From Escherichia phage AV101: 64,000 bases of DNA. Below, piece after piece: positions 26,866-36,821 of the stretch. Both the position numbers and the translations under genes were made by a program. The DNA is taken from sequence record OQ973471.1. One strand, given 5' to 3'. Position 1 is the first letter of the stretch. Each line of letters begins with the position of its first letter. The notes under the pieces were generated by a model. That model was given only the letters and a program-made list of their open reading frames with translations, made no database searches and was not told the origin of the DNA.

Positions 26866-28776
26866 ATGTCCAACAAAATTGATATTGAACGCAAGTACAA
26901 GAAGCTCACTCACGTTGAGCATATCCTACTCCGCCCAGAGCGTCATCTGGGCAGTATTCGTTCGTCTGTGGGGACGGTGTGGGTGTATGACCCAACTAAG
27001 GACAAAGTTATCTTCCGTGACAACTTTGAGTACTCCCCCGCGCTGATCAAACAGTTTGATGAAATCATCACCAACTGTGTTGACCACAGCAAGACCCCTG
27101 AGGGCAAATCCCTGACGGAAATCACCGTCACAGTTTCCCCGATGAACGGTCAAATCATCGTTGCTGACAACGGGGGTATCCCTGTGGTCAAACATGGCGT
27201 CACCAACGAGTGGCTTCCTGAAATGTTGTTCGGCTCTCTATATGCGGGATCGAACTTCAACGACGAAGACGAAGAGTACAACAACCAGAAGTCCGGTGGT
27301 CAGAATGGCGAAGGGGCGTCCCTCGTCAACGTGTTCTCCAAATGGTTCCGCGTCACGACTAATGACGGCAAGAAGTCTTATACTCAGACGTTTGAAGACA
27401 ACATGAGCAAGAAATCTAACCCAGTCATCAGCAACGTGAACAGTCCTGGCACATCCATCGCCTGGATCCCCGACTATGCTCGCCTGGGCGTCAAAGGACT
27501 TGACCAGAACAACCTGCTGATGATCTATCGCCGCGCGTTTGAAGTGGCTGCGTGTAACCCGCGCCTGAAGATTGTTCTCAACGGGAAGCAAATCCGGATT
27601 GACCGCTTTGGTCACTTCGTTGATTACTTCCATGCTGGCTCGGCTGTTGACGAAACCGGGGATTGGTCTGTTGCTGTAGCCCCTTCATCCGGTATGTTCA
27701 TGCACGCATCATACGTGAACTCAATTGCCACCCACATCGGTGGTCCTCACGTTGATTATGTTGCCGACCAGATCGTGGCTGCGATTCGTCCTCAGCTGGT
27801 GAAGAAGTTCAAGACCGAGCTGAAACCTGCCATGATCAAGAACCACATGTCCTTGTTCATCGCTGCCGACATCAACAACCCGCGCTTTGACAGCCAGACC
27901 AAGGAGCGCATGACGACTCCTGTGAGCCAGTTTGGTACGTCCTACAAGCCCAGTGACAAGCTGATCCGCAAGGCGCTTGAGTTCGTTATGGCTGGCCTGA
28001 GCAAAGAACTGGCTTCCCTGCGCAATGAGCAGGATGATGCTGAGTTTGAAAAGGCCAAGAAGGATATCAGCAGGCGCGATTATCGTGAGATTGAGAAGTA
28101 TTACCCGGCGACAGCCCGTGGTGACCGCAGCAGTTGTTCCCTGTTGCTGACAGAGGGTGATAGCGCCTCCAACCCTATCCTGAACGCCCGTGACACCAAA
28201 AAGATCGGTTTGTTCCCGCTTCGTGGTAAGTTCATCAACTGTTTGAACGCCCCGCGCTCAAAGGTGATGGCAAACGAAGAGTTCAAGAATCTGTGTACCA
28301 TCCACGGTGGTGCAGTACCAGGCCAGCCCCTTGACATCAGCCGTTACCCACAGACTGTTGTGGCTACCGATGCGGACGACGACGGCATTCACATCCGTGG
28401 GTTGTTGATCACCCTGTATTGTACGTTCTGGCCAGAGTACGTCCGTCAGGGCAGGCTGAAGCTGCTGCGTACTCCTTATATGCGCGTGTGGTGTGGTAAG
28501 GTGATGCATGAGTTCATGAACAACACCGAGTATGAGGAGTTCCTGAAGACCCCCGATGCCAAGAAGATCACGAAGAAGAAATATCTGAAAGGTCTGGGTG
28601 GCAACAGCACTGAAGACTTCAAGCGTATTCTAAACAACCTGGATGCGTATACTACGACGGTCACGCTGGACGATGGCTATCAACAGTCACTGAAGAATGG
28701 CTTCGGTGATGAGGCCGCCGATTACCGCAAAACCTGGTTTAGCGATGTTTGTCTATTTGAAACCGAGGATGAATGA
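26866..28776 (+). CDS. DNA topoisomerase II large subunit (GyrB-like ATPase plus TOPRIM; T4 gp39 and gp60 regions in one ORF)
   Basis: GHKL ATPase N-terminus (EIITNCVDH...ADNGGIP), TOPRIM-like ATDADDDGIH; 636 aa. Confidence 0.85.
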   Translation: MSNKIDIERKYKKLTHVEHILLRPERHLGSIRSSVGTVWVYDPTKDKVIFRDNFEYSPALIKQFDEIITNCVDHSKTPEGKSLTEITVTVSPMNGQIIVADNGGIPVVKHGVTNEWLPEMLFGSLYAGSNFNDEDEEYNNQKSGGQNGEGASLVNVFSKWFRVTTNDGKKSYTQTFEDNMSKKSNPVISNVNSPGTSIAWIPDYARLGVKGLDQNNLLMIYRRAFEVAACNPRLKIVLNGKQIRIDRFGHFVDYFHAGSAVDETGDWSVAVAPSSGMFMHASYVNSIATHIGGPHVDYVADQIVAAIRPQLVKKFKTELKPAMIKNHMSLFIAADINNPRFDSQTKERMTTPVSQFGTSYKPSDKLIRKALEFVMAGLSKELASLRNEQDDAEFEKAKKDISRRDYREIEKYYPATARGDRSSCSLLLTEGDSASNPILNARDTKKIGLFPLRGKFINCLNAPRSKVMANEEFKNLCTIHGGAVPGQPLDISRYPQTVVATDADDDGIHIRGLLITLYCTFWPEYVRQGRLKLLRTPYMRVWCGKVMHEFMNNTEYEEFLKTPDAKKITKKKYLKGLGGNSTEDFKRILNNLDAYTTTVTLDDGYQQSLKNGFGDEAADYRKTWFSDVCLFETEDE

Positions 28777-29222
28777 TGGAATATCCACTAACTCATCAGA
28801 TGCAGCCAACAAAAGACACGTGTATGTCAACGTGCCTGGCGATGTTACTTGAGCGTCCGGTCGCCGAGGTTGCTGAAATATGGCATGAAAGTTTCGCGAA
28901 TTGGGAAACCACGATTGGTGACGTTCTTTGTATGGAAGGGGTTCCGTTCTTGCAAGGGAAAGGGATCAACCAAACCGCCACCATCTATCATGATTATGTT
29001 TATCTGCTTTGCGTGCCAAGTCCAGCAACGCCAGGGTTATTGCACCAGATCATCTTAGACACTCGTCATGAAAAACTTGTTGTGTACGACCCACTGAAGG
29101 GTACTGGCAAAAGATATTACACCCTGGATGAAGAAGACAAATCTCCTCTGGCGGTAAAACTTGAAACTTGGATTGTGGACTACATTGTCGATCCATATGA
29201 AGTGGGAGGTTATCGTGGGTAA
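28773..29222 (+). CDS. Papain-like (C39-like) cysteine peptidase domain protein (putative)
   Basis: Q-x5-C motif (HQMQPTKDTCMSTCLAMLL), downstream His (IYHDYVYLL) and Asp, in the order of a C39 catalytic set; inserted between the two topoisomerase genes. Confidence 0.4.
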   Translation: MMEYPLTHQMQPTKDTCMSTCLAMLLERPVAEVAEIWHESFANWETTIGDVLCMEGVPFLQGKGINQTATIYHDYVYLLCVPSPATPGLLHQIILDTRHEKLVVYDPLKGTGKRYYTLDEEDKSPLAVKLETWIVDYIVDPYEVGGYRG

Positions 29223-29223
29223 G

Positions 29224-30555
29224 ATGGTTGCCAAGAGCATTACTGTAACGGACTTCGTCAACACTGACCATAAACAGTTTTCTGTGGTCAACAGCATCCG
29301 TCAAATCCCTCAGCTGATTGACAGCCTCAAGCCAAGCCAGCGCAAGATCCTTTTCGCTGCTCTTGAGTACAACAAGGAGGAGATTGTTGACCGCCTTGGT
29401 ATGTTCGCCGCCGCTCGCACCAACTACAAGTCTGGTGGTGAGAACATGAGCGGCACTATCGTGAACATGGCTCAGGGGTTCCCAGGCACGAACAACATCC
29501 CGTACTTTGACCGCGATGGCCAGTTTGGTTCTATCATGGGGCGTGATGCTTCATCTGCCCGATACATATCCGTCGCTGTATCTGACGTTATCCGCAAGAT
29601 CTTCCGCAAGGAGGATGAGGGTATCTTGGAATACAACTACCTTGGTGAAGAAAGGCTGGAGCCGAAGTTCTTTCTGCCCATCCTACCCATGTTCCTGGTG
29701 AATGGGATCAATGGTATCGGCACCGGATATTCCACCGACACCCCGTGTCATTGCGTTAAGTCCGTGCTCAGTGCCCTGAGAGCGCTTCTCCGTGGCGAAG
29801 ACCCGAAAGACTTAAAACCGTACTGGAACGGCTTCAAAGGAGAGACAGGCTATACTGAGGAAGGAAGAGCATACAGTCGCGGTATCTTCCGTCGCGTCAA
29901 TGCCACCACCCTGCATATCACCGAAGTCCCAGTGGGTTGGTTCGCCAAAACCTATGAGACCAAGGTGTTGTTGCCTCTGTACAAGGCTGGTATCCTCACC
30001 GAGTACGCCAACGACACGACGGAAGATGGCTGGGATATCACGGTTGTGTTTAAGCGCGGCGAACTCTCTAAGCTGAGTGACGAGCAGGTTGAGCAGATGT
30101 TCAAGCTGTATTCAGCCACCAAGCCTGTTTGGACAGCATGGGATGAAGACGGTGTCATTCATCGTTATTCTGGTTGGCGGGACATGTTGCTGCCGTTCTT
30201 CAATTATCGCCTGTCACGGTACGAAGACCGTCGCCAGTATCTGTTGAAGGACATGGCAGACAGGATCCGCAAGCTGGGTGACCGGGCGGTGTTCATTGAA
30301 TGGGCGACGCGTGTTGATCTCCGCCAAAAGATTGACGTGCTGAAGTCTCTGTTCATGCAGGACTACCCGGACTTTGGTGGTGATCTTGACGAGTTGTTCA
30401 AGATGCCTCTGTCGTCTATTACTCTGGACGCCCGTGAGCGCCTACTCAAGCAGATTGAGAACCTTGAAGCACAACATAAGGAATTAAGTAAGAAAGAGGA
30501 CATCGATCTTTACACTGAAGACCTTGATGACCTTGAAAAGGCTCTTGACCTTTAA
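29224..30555 (+). CDS. DNA topoisomerase II medium subunit (GyrA-like; T4 gp52-like)
   Basis: LKPSQRKILFAAL matches the GyrA-type active-site region; GGGAGG RBS. Start could be the GTG at 29215 or the ATG at 29224. Confidence 0.8.
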   Translation: MVAKSITVTDFVNTDHKQFSVVNSIRQIPQLIDSLKPSQRKILFAALEYNKEEIVDRLGMFAAARTNYKSGGENMSGTIVNMAQGFPGTNNIPYFDRDGQFGSIMGRDASSARYISVAVSDVIRKIFRKEDEGILEYNYLGEERLEPKFFLPILPMFLVNGINGIGTGYSTDTPCHCVKSVLSALRALLRGEDPKDLKPYWNGFKGETGYTEEGRAYSRGIFRRVNATTLHITEVPVGWFAKTYETKVLLPLYKAGILTEYANDTTEDGWDITVVFKRGELSKLSDEQVEQMFKLYSATKPVWTAWDEDGVIHRYSGWRDMLLPFFNYRLSRYEDRRQYLLKDMADRIRKLGDRAVFIEWATRVDLRQKIDVLKSLFMQDYPDFGGDLDELFKMPLSSITLDARERLLKQIENLEAQHKELSKKEDIDLYTEDLDDLEKALDL

Positions 30556-30594
30556 CATAGGAGGGTTCGCCCTCCTCACCTGGAGGGTTGTGCT

Positions 30595-30882
30595 ATGTTC
30601 TATCTCCGTTCTGCAGCACCTATAGTATTCATCATTATCCTATTTGATTTCCTGGTTCCTCGCTTTATCAAAGAGGAGGTAGCGTTTGGTCTCTATAGTG
30701 AGACGGAAGACCCAGAGGTCGATGAATATTATCCAATGTGCGCCCTGAAAGATATCGAGGAAGGGGAAGATGTTGCAATGGTAGGCACTATGCGTTCTTT
30801 CAACCTGTTCGGGATTGCACTCTTTCCGAAACTGGTTGGTGAACTGCGCCCCTACGATCCTGAAGCCACTGTAGATGGTTGA
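30595..30882 (+). CDS. Hypothetical protein
   Basis: 95 aa; GGAGGG RBS that doubles as the stem of a hairpin. Confidence 0.4.
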   Translation: MFYLRSAAPIVFIIILFDFLVPRFIKEEVAFGLYSETEDPEVDEYYPMCALKDIEEGEDVAMVGTMRSFNLFGIALFPKLVGELRPYDPEATVDG

Positions 30883-30917
30883 TCATAACATAGCTTCTGA
30901 GTCCTAAACTTCGGTCT

Positions 30918-31139
30918 ATGGATGATTCCTTGTATTTTCATTGTCCTGGGTGTGATATACTTCATCTATATCGCATTAAGGGCGAAACCCAAGGTCCGAT
31001 GTGGTCGTGGAACAACAATGTTATTGAGCCTACGTTCACACCGAGCCTGCTGGTGAATGCAACTGATCCAGCATCATTTTGCCATCCGTTCCTGACCGAC
31101 GGCAAAATACAATTCCTCGGCGACTGTTCCATGATCTGA
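30918..31139 (+). CDS. Small Cys-containing (possibly zinc-binding) protein
   Basis: CPGC...C...C pattern; 73 aa. Confidence 0.35.
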   Translation: MDDSLYFHCPGCDILHLYRIKGETQGPMWSWNNNVIEPTFTPSLLVNATDPASFCHPFLTDGKIQFLGDCSMI

Positions 31140-31198
31140 AGAACCAGACAGTGGATATGGTCGACATCTCTGAACCTGAAATTTGGATTGAATAGATT

Positions 31199-31609
31199 AT
31201 GAAATTACTGGGATATTTTCGTGAACTCCCAACGGGAACTGAAGGCAAGTTGTTCTCACAGGTGAAGGGGGATGACATCGGTGATACGATGATTCCATTG
31301 TACACTCGTGAACTTCCTGTCGAAGGTGCCTGGGAGCGCCGTGTGGTCGCTGCCGCCAACAAATATGGTGATGTAATCGTCGTTGCTGACCGTCACCACA
31401 GCCGATTCATGAACAACCAGCTCAAGATCCTGAAAGAAGCAGGCGTCATTAAATCCACCCATACCCGCGAACAGGGATTCATCGACAACCAGGGCAACTT
31501 CCTCACTCGTGAAGAGGCATGCATCGTAGCCCGTGAAGCTGGACAGATCAATCAGGTGCGCCTGAAGACAACCCCTTTCCGTGAACTCTTTTCCGAAGAC
31601 CTCTATTGA
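31199..31609 (+). CDS. Hypothetical protein
   Basis: 136 aa; conserved-looking block GFIDNQGNFLTREEACIVAREAGQI that I could not assign. Confidence 0.45.
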   Translation: MKLLGYFRELPTGTEGKLFSQVKGDDIGDTMIPLYTRELPVEGAWERRVVAAANKYGDVIVVADRHHSRFMNNQLKILKEAGVIKSTHTREQGFIDNQGNFLTREEACIVAREAGQINQVRLKTTPFRELFSEDLY

Positions 31610-31615
31610 AGAAAA

Positions 31616-31640
31616 AGGCGGTATTATTACCGCCTCGACC
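31616..31640 (+). terminator. Stem-loop with TTAT loop (terminator-like)
   Basis: AGGCGGTA-TTAT-TACCGCCT directly after the stop codon, preceded by TATTGAAGAA. Confidence 0.5.
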
Positions 31641-31659
31641 TCTTGTTTGGTAACATCAA

Positions 31660-31902
31660 ATGAACCCAGAATTTGAAAATCTGTTCGAGCGATGCTTCGA
31701 ACCAGGTTCTGTGTCCGGTTACATGGACCGTCTTTGCACTGCCATTGTAATACGCCTTGCTGCCAAGGGTATCGTTGTCAACACCATTATCCGCAATGGG
31801 AACAACTTTATCATGCAGATGACTGATTATCACCGCCGCACAGGCATCATCCAGGTGTCATGTGTTGACAATAGCATTATTGAATGGAGACAGTACGCAT
31901 GA
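31660..31902 (+). CDS. Hypothetical protein
   Basis: 80-aa ORF. Confidence 0.4.
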   Translation: MNPEFENLFERCFEPGSVSGYMDRLCTAIVIRLAAKGIVVNTIIRNGNNFIMQMTDYHRRTGIIQVSCVDNSIIEWRQYA

Positions 31903-32498
31903 CCACATATGTAATCAATGGTGGCGATCTACTGAAAGCCGCCTGTAGCTTCAATCTGATCGACATCTTTGCCCACGGTGCCAACTGTTGGTCTACCATG
32001 GGCGCGGGTATTGCCCTGCACATCGGCAACAACTTCCCAGCGCTGCGCGAAGTCGATGCGAACGACCCTCGTGGTCCAGAGCAACGCCTGGGTGGCATGT
32101 CCTATGCATTTGACCACAGCACTGGTGTCTGGGGTGCGAACCTCTACACTCAGTTTTATCCAGGTCCGAACGCTCGCATGCCGTCTGTCATCAGTTCTGT
32201 TCAGACCCTGTTTGAGCAGGTGCATGAAATTGTGGAAGCAACTAAAGACGAAACTGTCTATGTCGGCCTGCCTGCTATCGGCTGTGGCATTGGTGGCCTG
32301 AACCTCTACAGTGTAGTGCGCCATATCAATCGAATCTCTGAAAGCGTGTATGAAGAGACCCGCCGTCGTGTCGTCCCAGTCTTCTATATCAGGGAAGGAG
32401 ACGGGTTCGATGATGATCTGATGGAACTTTCTCATCTGGACACAGAAAGTATCATGATTGTCGAAGATGAGCAAGAAATCATCGACGAGGAGGGGTGA
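31899..32498 (+). CDS. Macro-domain protein (ADP-ribose binding/hydrolase)
   Basis: VINGGDLLKA...FNLIDIFAHGANCWSTMGAGIALHI and LPAIGCGIGGL match the macro-domain N-x6-GGGV and G-x-G-x-G motifs; GGAGA RBS; ATG at 31899. Confidence 0.65.
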   Translation: MTTYVINGGDLLKAACSFNLIDIFAHGANCWSTMGAGIALHIGNNFPALREVDANDPRGPEQRLGGMSYAFDHSTGVWGANLYTQFYPGPNARMPSVISSVQTLFEQVHEIVEATKDETVYVGLPAIGCGIGGLNLYSVVRHINRISESVYEETRRRVVPVFYIREGDGFDDDLMELSHLDTESIMIVEDEQEIIDEEG

Positions 32499-32501
32499 AT
32501 A

Positions 32502-32753
32502 ATGATATGCGCGTTTGATCAAGAATTTTATAAAAAGGTCAATATTCTAAAACTTGTCATGTCTGGAACTAGTTCGAAAGAAGTATCAGAAATTTATTGT
32601 ATTTCACAGGCCAGGGTGAGCCAGATTTTGAGGGAAACTATAGGGTTACTTTGCCCAGAGATAGAAATTAAGCGCGTCAACAAAAAGTTCATTGATGAAA
32701 ATTATTATACAGTAAAAGCCAAAATAAAGTGTTGGGAGAATAAGCATGTATAA
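32502..32753 (+). CDS. Small helix-turn-helix protein (putative regulator)
   Basis: EVSEIYCISQARVSQILRE is helix-turn-helix-like. Confidence 0.4.
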   Translation: MICAFDQEFYKKVNILKLVMSGTSSKEVSEIYCISQARVSQILRETIGLLCPEIEIKRVNKKFIDENYYTVKAKIKCWENKHV

Positions 32754-33378
32754 ATCAAATTTTTTGGCTGTGGCTGACAGTGAAACCTTGGGGCGCTGGG
32801 ATGATGCAGTCATGCTGTCTTGGGCACACACCATCGCTGACTTGACCAAGCGTTATACTCTTCAGCAGCTGGTTGAGGAGCGCACGACGTTCATTAAGCT
32901 GAATGTCAAAGAGCAGATCGAACTCGGTCGCGTGAAGGACCAGGGGACGGTAGAATGGTGGTTGGGGGCGGGCAAGCGCAACCCGTGTGATGCGGCTCGC
33001 GCCGTCAGTCTGTATCCCAAGGAAGATGACATCTCTATCTTCCAGCTGGCCGATGAAATCCGCAAGGGTTGTCATCGTCTTGGGGTAGACCCGCGCTCGG
33101 TTGACTGGTGTGACCGTAACTTGTTCGATCTGCGCAAGGCTCAACACATCATTGAGGTGACGTGTAAGCAGGACTCCAACGAGCCATGGGATTACCACCA
33201 CACGTTCGACATCGTGAGCTGGCTGAAGGGTGTCGGACAACAGGATCGCTACGCTGGCATCAAGGCGTGGGAACTGGAAGGTATGGTCTATCATGACCCT
33301 CGTTATGATGCGGCGCTTGACTGGCTGCGTATTCAGAAGACCATGGAAGATCTGATGGGGCTGGAGGTTGTGGGATGA
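32746..33378 (+). CDS. DEDDh 3'-5' exonuclease (DexA-like)
   Basis: Motif I FLAVADSETLG (D-x-E), motif II region NPCDAARAV, motif III YHDPRYDAAL (H-x4-D). Confidence 0.55.
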   Translation: MYKSNFLAVADSETLGRWDDAVMLSWAHTIADLTKRYTLQQLVEERTTFIKLNVKEQIELGRVKDQGTVEWWLGAGKRNPCDAARAVSLYPKEDDISIFQLADEIRKGCHRLGVDPRSVDWCDRNLFDLRKAQHIIEVTCKQDSNEPWDYHHTFDIVSWLKGVGQQDRYAGIKAWELEGMVYHDPRYDAALDWLRIQKTMEDLMGLEVVG

Positions 33379-33677
33379 TTGTATTCACTGTCATCGGTGT
33401 GATCGTAACAGCTGGGGTGTTCGCAGCCATATTGGGCTACCTGTACTTCATGTTCCTTCATCCGTTATTTCAGGCGTTCAGTCTCACGAATTGGTACTTG
33501 GCCTGCCTAAAGGCCGACGGCGGCGTGAACATGGCCTCTCTTCCTTACTGGCGGCTGGTGGCGCATTACTACTCGGTCGGTGGCTGGCCTGGGGAAAGGA
33601 CATGGAACTCTATCGGTGAGTGGTATGGAATAGGTCGATGGCGTATATTCCCTGATGAAGACGATCAAGCCCCGTGA
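33375..33677 (+). CDS. Small membrane protein
   Basis: Two hydrophobic segments; 100 aa. Confidence 0.4.
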   Translation: MIVFTVIGVIVTAGVFAAILGYLYFMFLHPLFQAFSLTNWYLACLKADGGVNMASLPYWRLVAHYYSVGGWPGERTWNSIGEWYGIGRWRIFPDEDDQAP

Positions 33678-33740
33678 GGGGCTTTTCTATATCCGGGATA
33701 GAGTATCATTGTTCACCAACGAATCCTCGGGAGAGGCGAT

Positions 33741-34082
33741 ATGAAACGTTCGGTTGTTGTAAATGACATCACGAGATTGATAAACCTTGTCAAAGATGTG
33801 TTTCCACAACAGGTGGATGTCGAGTACGTGGGGAAGAACGGGAAGTGTTACCAGGTCGCTCTGTTGTTGAAGCACGTGTACCCTCAAGCAGAGATCCATT
33901 ACAGTCAGATTGAAGGTCATGTGTATACTCTGATTGATGGGCATTACTACGACATCGACGGCATCCACTTCAGTGTCCCACCGGACACGTGTTTGCTCGA
34001 ACACAACAGAGGTCACAAACCACATCGCTGGCATAAAGGGTTTGTGAACGTACCGATTTTAGAATGGTTGAGGAGACCATAA
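33741..34082 (+). CDS. Hypothetical protein
   Basis: 113-aa ORF. Confidence 0.4.
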   Translation: MKRSVVVNDITRLINLVKDVFPQQVDVEYVGKNGKCYQVALLLKHVYPQAEIHYSQIEGHVYTLIDGHYYDIDGIHFSVPPDTCLLEHNRGHKPHRWHKGFVNVPILEWLRRP

Positions 34083-34642
34083 TGGCAGGAATTGTAAAGT
34101 ATCTGGGCGACACCCACCTCGGACACAAGAAGATCTTCAAGCCCCGTGGGTTCGATACCCAAGAGACGCATGATGCTGCAGTCATCGACAGTATCTTTCA
34201 GGGGCTGAAGTCTCGAGACGTCCTTGAACTGGCTGGGGACATCTGCTTCATCGGGGCTGAGGGGTTCATTCGCCTGATGCGCGAGGGTGCCAAGCGGAAT
34301 ATTGATGAGTTCAAGCGCCGCCCGGTTCCCGATGACTGGCGACCGAACTTTATCATCAGGGTGGCACAAGGCAACCATGACAGATTCAAGATGTTGATGC
34401 AGCTGTATCAAGAGGGATGGATTAGATCCTTTGGTGCGATGTATGAGCGTGATACTCCAGTTGGTCGTGTATTGACCACTCACGTTCCTTATCAATTAGA
34501 CCGCTGGGTGTATAATATCCATGGTCATCTTCACGAAAATATTCGCGAAGAGCGCGAATACCTGAACTGCAGCTGGGAACAATTCAAGCGTCCTGTAACC
34601 CTGTCTGAGTTGTTATACACAAATTTAGGAATTGTGCTATGA
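34082..34642 (+). CDS. Calcineurin-like metallophosphoesterase
   Basis: GDTHLGH, GNHD and HGHLH motifs; GAGGAG RBS; TAATG overlap. Confidence 0.65.
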   Translation: MAGIVKYLGDTHLGHKKIFKPRGFDTQETHDAAVIDSIFQGLKSRDVLELAGDICFIGAEGFIRLMREGAKRNIDEFKRRPVPDDWRPNFIIRVAQGNHDRFKMLMQLYQEGWIRSFGAMYERDTPVGRVLTTHVPYQLDRWVYNIHGHLHENIREEREYLNCSWEQFKRPVTLSELLYTNLGIVL

Positions 34643-34971
34643 AAATATTCTTTCCTGGTCAGAAAGTACCCGAAGAAATAGAAAAGGTCGAGTTATTTGG
34701 TTATAAAATCGGTGATCCGTTCCTGCGATTTTCTTCACCATGTATCGTGAAGCGCGATCATGAAGGGTATTATGTGCGCCCAATCATTCTCATGGGTTCT
34801 GTCATGACGCTGAGAGCCAAAACAGACTCCGTCGTTATTACCGGAAGTCCTAACATACCCAATGGGAAGACCACACTCAATGGAAAGCCTATCCTGTCGT
34901 CTTGGGCGTTAATTGGATTTCTGTCTATAATCTTGTTTTATCGTTACCTTACCGACTTGGGGATCTTATGA
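34639..34971 (+). CDS. Hypothetical protein
   Basis: 110-aa ORF, hydrophobic C-terminus. Confidence 0.4.
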   Translation: MKIFFPGQKVPEEIEKVELFGYKIGDPFLRFSSPCIVKRDHEGYYVRPIILMGSVMTLRAKTDSVVITGSPNIPNGKTTLNGKPILSSWALIGFLSIILFYRYLTDLGIL

Positions 34972-35297
34972 AAAAGCCACGCATCACAGGACATCAACTC
35001 TGCGTCCTTTTAGGAATGTTGAACTTTGAGAAAGGTCATTGCCGTTATGGTGAATGGTACTTTCATCCCAAATCCTGGACCAATGACAAGGGCAACACCG
35101 TCTGGACGTTCCGGGTATGCCCGAACGCTGGTGGTTTCACCTCCGTCAAAGGCAACCCCCGCACTGGGGCTTCCCTGTTGTCCAAAGGGTTAATTGAACC
35201 AGCTGGCTCAATGGTTCATGACGGTTCTTACGTGAACTGGCCGAACACTGAGGTGACGTTCTATCGCCTGACCGAACTCGGTAAATCTTATCTCTGA
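34968..35297 (+). CDS. Hypothetical protein
   Basis: ATG at 34968 overlapping the upstream stop (ATGA). Confidence 0.4.
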   Translation: MKKPRITGHQLCVLLGMLNFEKGHCRYGEWYFHPKSWTNDKGNTVWTFRVCPNAGGFTSVKGNPRTGASLLSKGLIEPAGSMVHDGSYVNWPNTEVTFYRLTELGKSYL

Positions 35298-35367
35298 ATA
35301 AAGATTCAGCGGTTATTGAAGAAGGGGGAGTATATACTTCCCCTTAGTTTATTAAGAGGAACCGGAA

Positions 35368-35682
35368 ATGACCCCATTAAAAGAAATGTATGAGCGCCTG
35401 TCTGAACTACAGGCGAAGGAAAAGCGCTTCTCAGAAGAAGAGACAGAGCTGTCCGAGCTGAACACTTTGATCGCCACTCGTGAGAAGTACCTGCAGCGCT
35501 ACATTAATCACCCGCCGCGCATGGTAGACCGCGTCAGCACTATCATGGACCTGGATGAAGTTACTCCTGGCAAAGAAATCATTGTCAGGGAAGTCCACCA
35601 GATGGTCGCCATGGGTCAGATCTTTGGTCGTGCAGACCAAGACGACATGATCTTCCTCCTTGAAAAGAAACTGGTGATGTGA
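35368..35682 (+). CDS. Hypothetical protein
   Basis: 104-aa ORF; GAGGAAC RBS. Confidence 0.4.
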   Translation: MTPLKEMYERLSELQAKEKRFSEEETELSELNTLIATREKYLQRYINHPPRMVDRVSTIMDLDEVTPGKEIIVREVHQMVAMGQIFGRADQDDMIFLLEKKLVM

Positions 35683-36188
35683 TGGCTATCAAACCCCGTA
35701 TGTTGTTTGCGCATATGCGCTCGGCTCATGCATACGCTCTGTCCAGCTATGCACAACGCCTGAAGGTCGGCTGTGTTATCGTTGACCCGCGTGTTGACCA
35801 GCCCCTGTCTATCGGTTGGAACGGGACTGCTCCTGGCGCTCCTAATGTCTGTGAGAAGGAAGTAGACGGTCAACTGGTATCGGTGGGTGTTATCCACGCC
35901 GAGGAGAATGCTCTGAGCAAACTCCCCCAGCACACCGAAGACTGTTGTGGCCTGGTGATGTTTGTCACTCATAGTCCATGCCCAGAGTGCACCCGTCGTA
36001 TTATCGACAGTGGCAAGATCGCTAAAGTATTCTATGACCGACCATATCGTATCATAGACGGTATTATTGAAATGCTGGCTGCTGGGATTGAAGTATATCG
36101 CATGGTCGATCAGATTGTTGTAGTCCAGCATTCTGTGAAGAACGGCGAACTGGTATCCACCCCTGTTTTAGTGAACCCTGACAAATAA
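35682..36188 (+). CDS. dCMP deaminase (cytidine/deoxycytidylate deaminase family)
   Basis: Zinc-binding motifs HAEENAL and SPCPEC; about 168 aa. Confidence 0.7.
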   Translation: MAIKPRMLFAHMRSAHAYALSSYAQRLKVGCVIVDPRVDQPLSIGWNGTAPGAPNVCEKEVDGQLVSVGVIHAEENALSKLPQHTEDCCGLVMFVTHSPCPECTRRIIDSGKIAKVFYDRPYRIIDGIIEMLAAGIEVYRMVDQIVVVQHSVKNGELVSTPVLVNPDK

Positions 36189-36198
36189 GGAATTTATC

Positions 36199-36606
36199 AT
36201 GCGTTATGTAGATCGTATGCTCGGCAAAGACGAGCACGTTATTGCCTTCACCCGCCCGACTTGGTGGAGCGGTTTTTGGATTTACGTTCTGGTTATTTTA
36301 ACGTTTATTCCAACATTTGGATTCAGCTTGTTATTTCTGATACCAACAATTTTAAATGTATTGACAACTGAATTCGCTGTGACTAACAAGCGCGTCATCG
36401 TCAAACGTGGTTTCATCCGTCGTGATGCTGATGAGTTGCGCATTGGTAAGGTGGAGACAGTGAAGGTTGATCAGTCCATCACAGGCCGCATCTTGGGCTT
36501 CTCAACAATCAGCGTGATCGGTACGGGTGGCACCCGCCTGCTGGCCAAGGGTTGTGCTGGTGGTAATGCTTTCCGTCAGAAGATCTACGATCACCTAGAA
36601 GACTGA
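36199..36606 (+). CDS. Membrane protein with bacterial PH-like (YdbS/bPH_2-like) domain
   Basis: Two N-terminal transmembrane helices followed by RVIVKRGFIRRDADELRIGKVETVKV. Confidence 0.4.
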   Translation: MRYVDRMLGKDEHVIAFTRPTWWSGFWIYVLVILTFIPTFGFSLLFLIPTILNVLTTEFAVTNKRVIVKRGFIRRDADELRIGKVETVKVDQSITGRILGFSTISVIGTGGTRLLAKGCAGGNAFRQKIYDHLED

Positions 36607-36608
36607 TC

Positions 36609-36821
36609 ATGATCATTTCAGGTTACACCATCGATCTTTATTGTGAATGCTCAGATTGCAAGGCATGCAGTTGGGCTTGGGAAGAGCATCACCCCAAGTG
36701 CGGGTTCAAACAATACACTGGTGAGACTTGGGGTGAGTGTGTCAGGCAGGCTCGGGCTGATGGTTGGAAAATCGGGCGCGACAGACATACCTGTTACGCC
36801 CCTGGCCACAAGAGAAGTTAA
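36609..36821 (+). CDS. Small Cys-rich protein
   Basis: CECSDCKAC...C...C pattern; 70 aa. Confidence 0.35.
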   Translation: MIISGYTIDLYCECSDCKACSWAWEEHHPKCGFKQYTGETWGECVRQARADGWKIGRDRHTCYAPGHKRS

